Assembly (NCBI RefSeq): GCF_009834535.1
Contig: NC_045698.1
Location: 11,348,001-11,412,000 of the forward strand
Length of the DNA stretch: 64,000 nt
Direction: 5' to 3'
From: Camelus ferus
Lineage: Eukaryota
The position numbers were made by a program, and so were the translations under genes. A model generated the notes under the pieces. That model had not been told where the DNA came from and did no database searches. It saw nothing but the letters and a program-made list of their open reading frames with translations. Each line of letters starts with the position of its first letter. Position 1 is the first letter of the stretch. This document shows, one piece after another, positions 49,774 through 61,604 of the stretch.

Positions 49774-51289
49774 TTAACATTACAAGTCATTTGAACTCTA
49801 CTAATTCAAAATATGCCATAATTTGAGTTGGAGTTACCCAAAGATTACTTGCTTTATTTTCTAGGAAACAAAAAACATTGTTAACTACATTAATTCCTTA
49901 AACCAGTTTCAGGGTTACTAAGAGATAGGAATTAGTTTTAGAAGGTTGACATAGCCATATTGTTTATTCAATAAGCACCTCTAAGTTAGGAGGTCAGTGG
50001 GTTCTATATGTTTATTAAAGCAGGTGGAATAGAGATTTGGGAATTGAGATTGGAAATACTATACAAAAGATGGAAATGATTTTTCAATTAAGACTTTTCA
50101 TAAAACTTTCCCCTTCACTTAATCTATATTAACATAATTCTGAAGAATTTAGTACAGGGATGGATGAACTGGAATTTAGTGAACAAACAAATACACAAGA
50201 GCTGTCAATTAGCCGGATTCTTGAGCACCACTGGAGGTTGAGTTTGCCTCTGCCATGCTGCACCAGAAAAGTAGGGAAAATTCTTTCTTTCTTTCTTCCT
50301 GGTGCAAAAGTTCCTTTTGGCTGTAAAGAGCAGGAGTAGTGCTCTGATTCCATTCATCCTGAAACTGTTACTGTTCCTGATCTCATTATCACGTCCTTAA
50401 ACTTCTTGGCCAGGCTCTGTTTCTAAGATGTGCTGCATATGCGGTTGTAACAGTGATCCCTAGGGGCCTCTTTTATTTTTATCTCTCCCCTCTGTCACCA
50501 GGATCTAATTTGAATCAGAGGCTAGAGGACTCCAGGAAGGATTTGTCCAATAGAAATTGGAACTGATAGCATATCTGTTACGTTTGAATATAGTGAGACA
50601 AATTCTACACCTCTAGTGGGGATTGAATTTGTGATAAAGAGAAAAATAAGCAGAAAACTGAAGCAATTGATAACTACGGAAAAAATTAAAAGTTGTTCAA
50701 AAAATAAAATACAGTCGTGGTACCCCACAGTCTTATTTATGGATAGTATTTTCATACCTCTGAATATTGATTTAACCAAAAAGTATGACATGACTACATT
50801 GGGAGAATGGGGAAAAGAGAAGTGTGTTTGTGTTCGTGTGCACGTGCGCGTGCGTGCCTTTGTGTGTAGGGTGTTGTATAAAAGAATAAACTGGCATACT
50901 CAGTACTAGGGAGCCAAATATAAGGGTCTGAACTTATAGAGAAATAGAGAAGTGCTTTGTGAGACTGTTCTTTAAAGTGAATCACAGGAGATTCAGTTAA
51001 GAGCTCTGAGCAGCTGTGAAAGGGAGATACTTTTAAATATGAGTATATTTTTGAATATATAAGTATCTTACTTTGATTTTTAAAAATAAAAAAATAATTA
51101 ATTTGGGGGGAATCAAACCATTTTATTGAGGAGCTATAGGGGAGGGTCGAAGGGCTCGGAGGACAGTTAGATCTGATGACCTCGTCCAGCTGGGATCTCT
51201 CTAGCTTCACAGTTGCTGACAAAAATAAAAATTTTTAAATGTGAATGAGAAACCAGAAAGTGAAGACCATATATGTAGATCTCTGACAA

Positions 51290-52600
51290 GTATTCTGTGA
51301 AGGGGAACATAAAGATGGGTCAGATGCTGACAACAGCTGAGGAGTGGAGGGAAGACCTTTACTTTAAGCGGGGAGATTGGAGTGTGCATTTCTTGTTGCT
51401 AAGATTGAAGAGTTGGAATGGAGAGATTGGTAACACAGGAGGAACAAAAAAGGAGCAAAGAGGCAAAATTCAGGTCTACGGCCAAAATGAAGGTGTTTGT
51501 CTGTGAAAGGATAGGGGAGGTTTCCTCCATTCTAAGCCAGAGGTTGAGGTTGGGGATGTGGCCAAGGAGTGGGAGTTACTTGTGAAGAAAGGATACATAA
51601 AGCAGAAAAGTGAATGTAGGAAGGAAATGTGGTAGGGTTGCCAGATGGTACTGAGGCTTTATTTGACATTTGCAATCATCAATTTAAAGTGAAACCAAAC
51701 AGCTGTATGATTTTCTGCAGCAACGTAAAATCAGCTAATGTGCAGACAGAGAGAGGATAGAAAGTTGGAGCAATATGATTTGGGGCTTTAACAGGTGAAT
51801 ATTATAGCAGGGCAGAGAAGCAAGAGTGACAGTTTTTGCATGAGTTTAACAATGGGGGTGGACCAGGGAATCTAGGCTGGGCTAGGGAGGAAGTGAACAC
51901 AAAAGATGGCTGAGGAGTGGCGAGGAGTAGTGATGGAGTTAGTACATGAGAGTGTCAGTAAGAAAGAGGAATTGGAATCATGGAACTGTCACCATTTCCA
52001 GCAAGTGAGCTCGTGAGGGGTGGTAGAAAACTAGGAGATGAAACAGCCCCCAGGGACGGGCAGGTCCTGGGTGTGATGCTGGGAGTAGGTGAGGTGGAAA
52101 GAAAGGCCTTTGGAGGTGAGGTCAAGGAACTGAAAGACCAGGATCCTGGATGCTGAAGTATCCAAGAATGATCATAGTGAGTCATCTATGAATAGATAAC
52201 TAACAAGACAGTGATGCAGGGAGAGGATGGTGTGACTGATGCGAATCTCAAAGGGGCACGGCACTGCAGGAACAAGGGTGATAAGAGGTTGAAAGGAGTA
52301 GCAAGGGAAACAAGGAGGGTAGGTACCTCCCCCAATTCCAAGCCCTGAGCTTCAGGGGATACTGGAGAAAATACATCATTCATTGGACAGGGCTGCAGAG
52401 AAAGGAGTGTACACAGGGGACAAGTCTCAGTTTAAGGTACAGAGGTGAAGGAGCATTCAGAGGAGTTAATCAATGTGTGGAAAATGCCAATGGTCACAAC
52501 GGGAAGGCTTAGCCGAGGAAAGAGGAGTGGAGTCTGGGGTCATGAGACCGGGTGTATGGGAATGGAAATGAGGGTTATCAGATTTCACAGGAAGCTTGAA
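51290..52600 (-). mobile_element. L2 LINE body (degraded)
   Basis: Long G/A-rich stretch typical of the antisense L2 interior (e.g. GGAGGTGAGGTCAAGGAACTGA, GAGGAGTGGAGGG). Low certainty on boundaries. Confidence 0.5.
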
Positions 52601-55064
52601 CTTCTGACAGCGGCTGAGGTAAATAAAAGGCATGTGGGCCGTGGTGAGTCAGCTCAGAGGGTTTCTTCTCAACCGCTGGGCACTCAGTTCTAACGTGGTG
52701 ACCCAAACACTTGGCTTGGGAGTTCGGCAGTGACTGTCCCTCCCACAGCCTCCACTGGTTGTGACAGTAACTCTGGGTGACTGCGTTCTCCACCCCCCAC
52801 ATTAGTCCTTGTCACTGCTTTGGTGAAGGTGGCTTTAGAGAATATGATGCTGTGTGGACATGAGACGAAGAGCCCGGAGTGGCAGTCGTGACTGTGTCAC
52901 CACTCCCCCAAGTAACCCTGGCACATCACCGTAACTTCTCTGAGTCTCAGATTCCCTGATAAAGAAGAAAATGCGATAGCCTTGTGGGTCCTCCTCAGGC
53001 TTAACTTTTGTGATTCTAACATGAAATTATACTAAGATATGTTTATAGCACTTTAAAATGAAAGATTTTGGCCCATATTATCAAACAAATGCTCAGGGAT
53101 ATTAGACTTAGAAGGAGCACACTTGATGGACTTCCCTTCCTGACATACGTGCTCTGCTGCCATTTGTAACTGAGATAATTCGGGGGATTTACAAGCATAT
53201 ATATTCACATTCACATGTATATGATGCGTGTGTGTCGCCACTGTCATTTTGTTTTTAGCTTTTTTTGTATTCCTTTTCTTTTATTCCTTCATTCATCTGA
53301 GGGGGGGTGAACCTCTTTCCATGAATCAAGTCTGTAACACAGCCTTGTGTGTGATGAAGGAAGCTTCTGTCTCACCAGCACAAGATGTATGCAATTATTG
53401 GGATTTCAGGAAAACAGCTTATAATAATGAGGTTAAAAAGAATCCCCGCTTGGACTTTGTAACCTCCCATCACCCCCCGTATACAGACATTTGGGTGCTC
53501 TCACCTGAATGCTGTCACCAAACAGCTGTGAAAGCAACTGGAGGAAGGGGTAGAGGCGAGCTGTGGGGGGGTGCCTTCTGCAGCACAGGCGAATGCCGCC
53601 CTGGTCCACGTGACTTACACGTGCATCACACACGCCCCGCCCCCACTACGACCATCTCAGAGCATGAGGCAGGCTGCCAGCAGCAACCTGGTCACCTCTG
53701 CATCCGGCTGGTTATAAAGTCAGAGGGGCTACTGTGAAGTATATCATACACAGAAGAGCAACAGAAGGTGAGGATGGTGACTTCATCCTCGCTGTGCTTC
53801 CAAGAGTCCAAGCCAATCACTGCTTCTCTGCTCCCAGTGAAGGGAAAAGACCAGCCTCAGACATGGGATCTTGAGCCCTCCTAGTATTAAAAGTCACATG
53901 ATTGATAGAAAGAAGATGAAAAACACTGTGGATTACCATGTTGGAAACAGAGATGACCTAGCGGCTGGTTGTGTTACCGTATCAGAGAGCAGACTGCCCC
54001 AGTGGTAATTCTTGGGCCGAATAGATTTCGGACATTTTCACATTGAGTCTGTTTAAGCCGCTGTCGCAGTTCCCCCGCCTCCAGTGTGTAGTGTGGCCTG
54101 TTTCCTCTTAACTTTGCAGCAGTGTGAAATCCCCGACTGTCGCTGTAGGCACGTGTGGCTCTGGGTGGCCTCTGCAAAGCAATGACACTTGTCAGTTTTC
54201 ACAAGGAACAGAAAATACTGTGTAAAAACAATACTCAACATTGGAGTGGCTCCATTTATCTAACTAATTGGGCTAGACTGTCATCATGGAGTGAGTCCTG
54301 GAACAGAAAAAGGCAACGTGCAAAAATAGCTTCTGCCTATGTCCTGTTTTCCTAAAATGTGCCTTCTCGCACTGCAGGTGCTACTAAATAGGGTCCTCAC
54401 AAGTTCTAGACTTTGTCATAGGGGAATGCCCCTGGGTAGATTCTCAGTGACCATGACAATAGTGAAATTAGAGGTAGATAGCCCTGGAGGGGTTTTTGAA
54501 TTTTGTGTTTCCTTTCTCTCTCCCTTTCTCCTTCTCTCCTGTCCTTCCTTATACTTAGAATAAAATAAAAGTGTAATATCATAGAACTCGCCATGACTGG
54601 ACAAGCAGTAAATAGAACTGGAGTTCAGCCTAGGTCTGTCGCTGCCTGGATGTCATTTACAAAGTTTTGAACTGACATCGTTGATTATAGTTTTGATATT
54701 TCCTGTTTTCTTACATTGCCCTCTGTTTCCTGTCAGATTATTGTGTTCTTTAGTTGTCGTGACAGTGTTCAAGACACTGTCAGTGCATAGTGTACATACA
54801 GTGACAGCTCCAGCTGTCCCTTTGGTACTGGGAGGGTCATGCAATATCCAATAAGGTCAGTTGGCAGAAATGTAATCTTACACCAGGATGGAATTCGTTC
54901 ATAACAAGAGTTTAATATGGTTGGTAAAAATTGAATTAGAATAATTTGTAGATACTCTTAAGCCTGTGTTCAAAAGTTTGAGTCAATTTAATCAAGAAAT
55001 TAATTACCAAATGCATATTATGCATGAAGAACTTACAAATACAGGTGGACGCAAAGATAAGTAT

Positions 55065-55527
55065 AGTGGTGCCCCCTTCCCCTCAAAGAGACTTTCATGT
55101 TCTAACCACCAACCAGATCCTACAAAAGTGACCTGATTTGGAAAAAGGGCTGTGGCAGATGTGATTAAGTAAAGAATCTCAAGATGAGGTCATCCTTTTG
55201 GTATGGGTATCATTTGGGTCGACCCTAAATCCAGTGACGTGTGTCCTTGTAAGACACCTGCAGAGGAGAAAGACGCAGAACAGAAGCCCATGTGAAGAGG
55301 GGGTTAGGGGTTGAAATGATGCAGCTACAAGCCCAGAAATACCTGGAGCCCCCAGAAGCTGGAATAGGCGAGGAAGCTTTCTCTCCTACAGCCTTCAACA
55401 GAGGGCAGCCCTGCCGACCCCTTGATTTCAGACTTCTGGCCTCCAGAACTGTGCGAGGAGACATTTCTGTTGTTTTAAAGCACCAAGTATGCAGTAAGGT
55501 GTTAGGGCAGCCCTGGAAAACGAATAA
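55065..55527 (+). mobile_element. MLT1 (MaLR) solo LTR, MLT1B/C-like
   Basis: GTGACCTGATTTGGAAAAAGGG...GCAGATGTGATTAAG...CCAGAAGCTGGAA.AGGC.AGGAA...CTTGATTTCAGACTTCTGGCCTCCAGAACTGTG...GCAGCCCTGGAAAACGAATA. Confidence 0.92.
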
Positions 55528-56158
55528 AAAGAGCAAAAATCAGCCCCCAGTGAAGAGCTGGTAATATATATTACATGCGAGTCTGTGCAAATGTTAAATG
55601 AAGGCATTACAATATAGGAGTGAAGGGGAATTTATTTCAAGTAAAGGTAGGCGGAAAGACCTCTTGAAAGAGGTGTGCCTTGGTCAGGGTCTTAATGGGA
55701 TAGGAAATTTCAGGACATACGCAGAGCTAAGATATCGGAGGAGACAGAGGGGGTTCAGGAAGATAAACTGAATAAATCTGGTACCATAGTGGGGTCCGGC
55801 GAAAGGAAGTGATGTAATCCAAACTTCTAACACCGTGAGAATTTAGTTGTGTTCAGAAATGCAGAAAGCCTCAGTTCGGTCAGACAGGTCTTTCTGCTGC
55901 TAGACGTAGATTATGGAGAAACCTACACTTCCCACCGTCTCCCATCTAAGATTAGGTTGACTTTAAGACTTAGATTTCTGTAGAAGCACAAGTAAGAGAA
56001 GAAATCAAAATCAGAGAGGACAGAAATAATTTCAGGGATATTCTGAAACCTCTGTAATGCCCTGGACACACATTGATTACAGTATTGAACCACTCACTAA
56101 CTTCTGCTTCCAGGACGGCTTCATACCTTGTGTCCTACCTGAGCTGGGAGATGCGTCC

Positions 56159-56611
56159 TGTACCAGTTACCTAGGCTGTCGCAACAGATTATCACAAACT
56201 GAGCGGCTTGCCACAATGGGGATTTTCGGGATCACATTTCTGGAGGCAGAAGTCAGAAACGAAGGTGTCAGTGGGGCCATGCTGCCTCTGCCGGCTCGAG
56301 GGGCGCATCCTTCCCTGCCTCTTCCGGCTTCAGGTGACCCCTCGCACTCCCTGGAGTTCCTTGTCTATTAGACACATCACTCCAATCTCTGCCTCCCTCT
56401 GCACTTGACCTGCTCTGTGCCTCTGGGTCCTCTCCTCTTCTTATAAGGGTGGTGGTTATTAGATTGAGGGCCCAACCTCATCCAGTATGACCTTGCCTTC
56501 ACTTGACTAATTACACTTGCAGAAAAAAAAAAAAAAACCTATTTCCAAATAAGGCCACATCCTGAGGTTCTAGGTAGACACACATTTGGGGACATTCTTC
56601 AACCCACTGCA
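56159..56611 (-). mobile_element. MLT1 (MaLR) solo LTR, MLT1C-like
   Basis: TGTACCAGTT.CCTAGG...TCTGGAGGCAGAAGTC.GAAA...CATCACTCCAATCTCTGCCTCC...CCTATTTCCAAATAAGG.CACAT.CTGAGG...TTCAACCCACT. Confidence 0.92.
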
Positions 56612-56809
56612 CATCCTATTTATGTTTTAATCCATAGGGCCTAGTCCAGTGTTGGACATAACACTGGGAACCACTAATTCTTTGCTGACAAAGGAAATAG
56701 ACCTGTAATGTTCATGAATTAAGTGAAATTGCTGACAAGTAAAACATGGAAGGGAAAACAAGAGAAGAGAAGGGGAGTTGGAAGAGAGAAAAGAAACTTT
56801 TCAAGTGTT

Positions 56810-57225
56810 GCCTGGAAGTAGAAATCCAAAATCTGTACAGGGCCTACGAGATCTCGTGAGACTTGGCCCCGGCCTACCTCCACCTCCCTGGACCTGCTGC
56901 CATCCAGATTCTTCAGGTCCTGTTCCCTTCACGTGGAACACCCCTCCCGCTCCCCTCCACCTAACACAGGCCACATCCTTAGCTCTTTGGCTTAAACGGC
57001 CATTCTTCAAAAAGGTGACATCTCCCCAATGCCCTATAGGACTTGGTATTTTTCCTTTATCTGCAGCTGTTTCAGTTGGGAACCATGTTTTTAATAATAA
57101 TACAATCATTTCTTTAATATCTCTGTCTCCATTAGAGCAGGAGCTGCGTGGAGACCAGAGCTTGCCTCACATGTTCAGGGAAGAACCCCAGCATCTAGGG
57201 TGTATCTTAGGTCCTTCTACATGAC
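56810..57225 (+). mobile_element. L2 3' region
   Basis: AAATCCAAA...GGCCTAC...CTTGGCCCC...TGTTCCCT...TGGAACACCC...TCTGTCTCC...CCCAGCATCTAG. Confidence 0.65.
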
Positions 57226-57598
57226 AGCTTTTCAGATATTTTAACTGTCATCGTAACCTCACTAAGGCTCCTTCTACCTGAACAGACCACCTATGTCCTT
57301 AAGTGAACTTACCGTGTCCTTTAGGGCAGCCCAGTGCTCACCTCTGCCCCATGTCTGCTGACCATAAACATGAAGCACAACAGCATAATGTTCAAGGCAG
57401 TGAGGCACCACCACCCCGGCAGGTCTGCAGACTGCTGGTGCCCTGATTCCATCACTAATGAGCTCTGGGGTCACAGGCTGCCTTGTGTCCTGCTGCGGCC
57501 CACACAAGGGTTGGCCGTGCTCTCCCCATCCTGTGGGTCTTTCCCGTCTGCTTCAGGCCCCAGCGTCACCCAGCCCTGTGGCTCCAGCCTCTCCTCTT

Positions 57599-58019
57599 TT
57601 TTATTTATTTATATTGTAATTGAAGTAGATTCAGTTTACAATGCTGCAAGAATTTCTGGTGTACAGCGTGATATTTCAGTCATCCATATACATACATATG
57701 TCCCTTTTCACATTCTTTTTCATTATTGGCTACTACAAGATATTGAATATAGTTACCTGTGCTTCTCAGTAGAAACTTGTTGTTTATCTATTTTATATAC
57801 ATTAGTTAGTATCTGCAAATCTCGAGCTCCCAATTCTACAATGGGACACTACTCAGCCATAAAAAAAAATTAAACCAGACCATTTGCAGCAACCTGGATG
57901 GGCCTGGAGATTGTCATTCTAAGTGAAGTAAGCCAGGAAGAGAAAGAAAAATACCATATGATATCACTTATATGTGGAATCTAAAAAAAAAGAAGACACA
58001 AATGAACTTAGTTACAAAA
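57599..58019 (-). mobile_element. Short L1 insertion with 5' inversion (twin priming)
   Basis: Perfect 14-bp TSD CAGCCTCTCCTCTT (57585-57598, 58020-58033). Antisense 3'UTR with T-rich tail to 57835, then a sense piece 57836-58019. Confidence 0.92.
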
Positions 58020-58445
58020 CAGCCTCTCCTCTTCACCTCAGCTGGAAGCCAGCTCCCTGGCCCTGGTTCCGGGGATGGTGGCAGTTCTGGGGCAGATAGA
58101 GTAGCAGGCAGGGTAGATTAGGGCTGCTGAAGGAAGCTGAAAGGATGAGGTCGTGAATCACTTCACTGTGTTGATGACTTGCCTCCGAACCTTCTAAAGT
58201 ATAACGCTCAACGTAAACTAATGCTTTTCTTGTGCACGTGACATGTCTGGGAGAATTCATGAGGGGCAGATTCTGAGCCTTGAATTTGATCTGATTCTGT
58301 GTTAAGACCCTGTTTTTCAGTCCTCTAACACTGTTTGTTTCTACTTAGATTACCTTCAACTAAAATCTCCAGATTATTTCTATACTGATGCTAAATTATA
58401 ATCCTCCCTGAACTCACGAAACTATTTTTTAATATCAGACAATTT

Positions 58446-58930
58446 TAGGTATATTTCTACAATGGAATACTACTCAGCCATAAAAAATAACAAAATAATG
58501 CTATTTGCAGCAACATGGTTGGACCTAGAAATCATCATTCTAAGTGAAGTAAGCAAGAAAGAGAAAGAAAAATACCGTATGATTATCACTCATATGTAGA
58601 ATCTAAAAAAGAAAAAGAAAAAAGAGGACACTAATAAACTCATCTACAAAACAGAAACAGACTCGCAGACATAGTAAATAATCTCATGGTTACCAGGGTA
58701 AAGGGGGTGGGAAGGGACAAATTTGGGAGTTTGAGATTTGCAAATGTTAGCTACTATATATAAAAATAGATTTAAATTTTTTTTTCTTTTGTATAGGACA
58801 GGAAACAGTATTCAATATCTTGTAGTAACCTATAATGAAAATGAATATACATATGTATATACATGACTGGGACATTGTGCTGTACACTAGAAATTGACAT
58901 ATTGTAACTGACTGTACTTCAATTAAGAAA
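58446..58930 (+). mobile_element. 5'-truncated young L1 3' end
   Basis: ACAATGGAATACTACTCAGCC...TGTAACTGACTGTACTTCAATT-A tail. Imperfect TSD AA(T/A)ATCAGACAA(T/G)TT at 58431-58445 and 58931-58945. Confidence 0.92.
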
Positions 58931-59084
58931 AAAATCAGACAAGTTAAAAAATTAATCCTACCACATACCATGTGTTACAGTCGATCCGTCCTTGTGGTAA
59001 GTTGAGATCACTGTATGTGAATTTTGTTTTGAATTGAAGTTTAGGTGGTCCATAACAGAAGTAAGCTAGCATCTCTTAAACAGA

Positions 59085-59340
59085 GGAAGCCTTTCCTCTG
59101 AGCATAGAATCTGGAATCCAACTGCCCAGAGCTCCGTGCCACGTCCTCCACCCAGCTGTCTGACACTGAAACTTTCTCAGCATCTTCAACCTCTCTGTGC
59201 CTCAGTTTCTCAACTGTAAAATTAGAGACTAACAGTATCTACCTCAAAGTTGCACCATGAGCTTTAAATGAGGTAGCTCGTGTAAAGACTGAGAGTAGTG
59301 GTTGTACGTTCTTTGTCTTAAATAAACATTAGCCATGATT
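59085..59340 (+). mobile_element. MIR SINE
   Basis: AACCTCTCTGTGCCTCAGTTTCTCAACTGTAAAAT...TACCTCA...TAAATGAG. Confidence 0.8.
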
Positions 59341-59899
59341 CCCACGTCCATGTATTATTAAAATCACCCACACCAGCATTTTCCTTAGCAAACCATTTTA
59401 TCAGATGACCGCTAGCCTGGTCACTGCCCAGATCATTAAGTGCTAAAGAAAACTTCCTGTTACGAAGATTCCTCTTTCCTTTTCCTTATCATCATCAAAT
59501 TATGCTTTGAAAATCTCATCAATACGCTACATCCTTTTGATAACAACGGAGTGTTTGAGAATCTCCAGCGCCCCTGATGTTTTAGAGCAGCCTTTCTGAA
59601 GTTTAATCCGTGATCCCAGAGGGAATCACAGGCATCAGACTCAACTCTCAGACAGGAAGATCAGGAAACAGAGGTACAGGCCCTATTTTCCAAACTGTGA
59701 CGCATGGACACCAGATGTTAATGAGTTTTCACTGAGAATGGTCCTGTGAGGACATCTGTTTGGAAGATTAGATTAAGTAAAATTAGACAGGCTTAGCTTA
59801 AGGCTCTGGACTTCTTAAGTCCTTTTAGCCATGTGAAGTCCATGCATGAGTTCCCAGTGTCCCTCTGGGCAGGGTGGTCTGTCCAGTGGACAGAGTGTG

Positions 59900-60122
59900 G
59901 CCTCTGTAAGTAGGTGCACTGTTCTGGATTCCTTGCTAGTTCATAACTAGCTGTGTGTGGGGGTGTGGGGTGGTGCTTATTGCAGCTTAGCTGGGTCTCA
60001 TTACCCTCAGCTCTAAAATGGGAATAATACCTGCCTTGCAAGATTATCTTACAGATGACAGATGACTCTGGCTAAAATGCTGAGCACAGTGTCCGGCTCT
60101 TAGTCGGTGCTCAGTAAAAGGT
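59900..60122 (+). mobile_element. MIR SINE
   Basis: TAAAATGGGAATAATACCTGCCTTGCAAG...AGCACAGTGTCCGGC...GTGCTCAGTAAA. Confidence 0.75.
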
Positions 60123-60304
60123 AACAAAACTTATTTTGATAACCTGGAATCGGGTTTATAAAATACATAAATCTAGGATTGAGTCTAACAAGTTTAGTTC
60201 TGTGGTTCTTTATTTCAAATATTCTGTTTTCTTTTTGCATTTTCTTCTCTCCATGAACTTCTCTCCAAAACTTGGTCTGGCTAATTCAAATAAAAATGAT
60301 TTTG

Positions 60305-60428
60305 AGAGGGGAGGATATAGCTCAGTGGCAGAGTGCGCGCTTAGCATGCAACAGCTCCTGGATTCAATCCCCAGCACCTCGTTAACAATAAATAAATAAG
60401 TTAACTTAATTACCCCCCTCAAAAAAAA
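60305..60428 (+). mobile_element. tRNA-derived SINE (camelid Vic-1-like)
   Basis: GGGGAGGATATAGCTCAGTGGCAGAGTGCGCGCTTAGCATGC...CCTGGATTCAATCCCCAGCACCTC, then (AATA)n, TAATTACCCCCC and an A tail. Same family as 28862-28954. Confidence 0.88.
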
Positions 60429-61604
60429 CTACTTTATTCTCAGAGTAAGTCATCTACAGGGGGTGGTATGCCTAGTCATGTATCAAAATAGTAAATATCA
60501 CATATTTCACTAATGTTTATTTCATACTTGAGGTGCCACCTAGGGTCCAGAAATGATATGTTTATGTAAAACATTCAAACAAAGCAACTGGAGAGATTTT
60601 ACTAGAGAGCCCTTTGCAAAGTTGAGGGCAGGGTTAAAAGAGATCCTGCAAAAGATGAGCAAGACCTTGGACTGGCTCCTGGGCCTGAGATGGACAAAGA
60701 CAGTCAAACCCTTGGGGTATTTGCCAGGACTGGGAGAGAGCGGTAGCTGTGTCTGAAGGTGGAGCATTTGTTTGGTAGAGAAATGGCTGAGTGGAGAGGA
60801 TGTCAGATAATAAACCCTATGCCCTCTCCTTTCTTCTGCCTTCTCTGTGCTTGCTGGGCTGCCCATTGGTCAGTTCCAACGAGGGGCCAGAGAGCAGGGG
60901 AGCCTAGCGGTGTTGATGGAACCCTTAGAAGGGTATGGAAGGTTCCAGAGTGGATCTGGTGGAGCAAATGCAGAACATGGCACCAAAGCGTGACCCATGA
61001 AAAAAATCCAGTTAGTACCTACTTTGCAAGAACAATAAGTAATTTTGGTTAATGTTTAAAGAGAAAATCACCTTGTCATCTGAAGTCTTATTAATCACTA
61101 ACATCATGATATTATGATAATAAATGGCAAGATCTCATTTGATATTATATATTCATAAAGGTAGGAGAAATTACAGAGAAATGAAGTCATAATGCATATG
61201 CTGGCTTAGCTGTCAGGCATTTTATGTCAAAGCAAACTGTCCTTGACCCCATGAATAAATGATGCTCATCGAATACCTCGCGGGGAAGAGGGGATGAGAG
61301 GAAGCAGTAATTAGGGCATTTTCACTCTGCATTTTCCTTCTAGTTTGATTTAGCGTGTATTCAGTACACACCAAATTAGTCATGTGCTGGTCAGTTATAC
61401 CTCAATAAAGCTGAAAAAAAGAGGGGAAAAAGTAATCTTTCTTCACATCCCCGTTAAATAACATGAAATCTATTTCTTGACTGTCAGACATTCAACTTTC
61501 AAAAATTTTCCAGAATGCAGTATGGACGTAAGTGGGGCACAGTCTTCCCTTTCCAAAGGGCGGACTGTAGTGAAGTGAAATAGACCTTTCTGGGCCAGCC
61601 ACAG

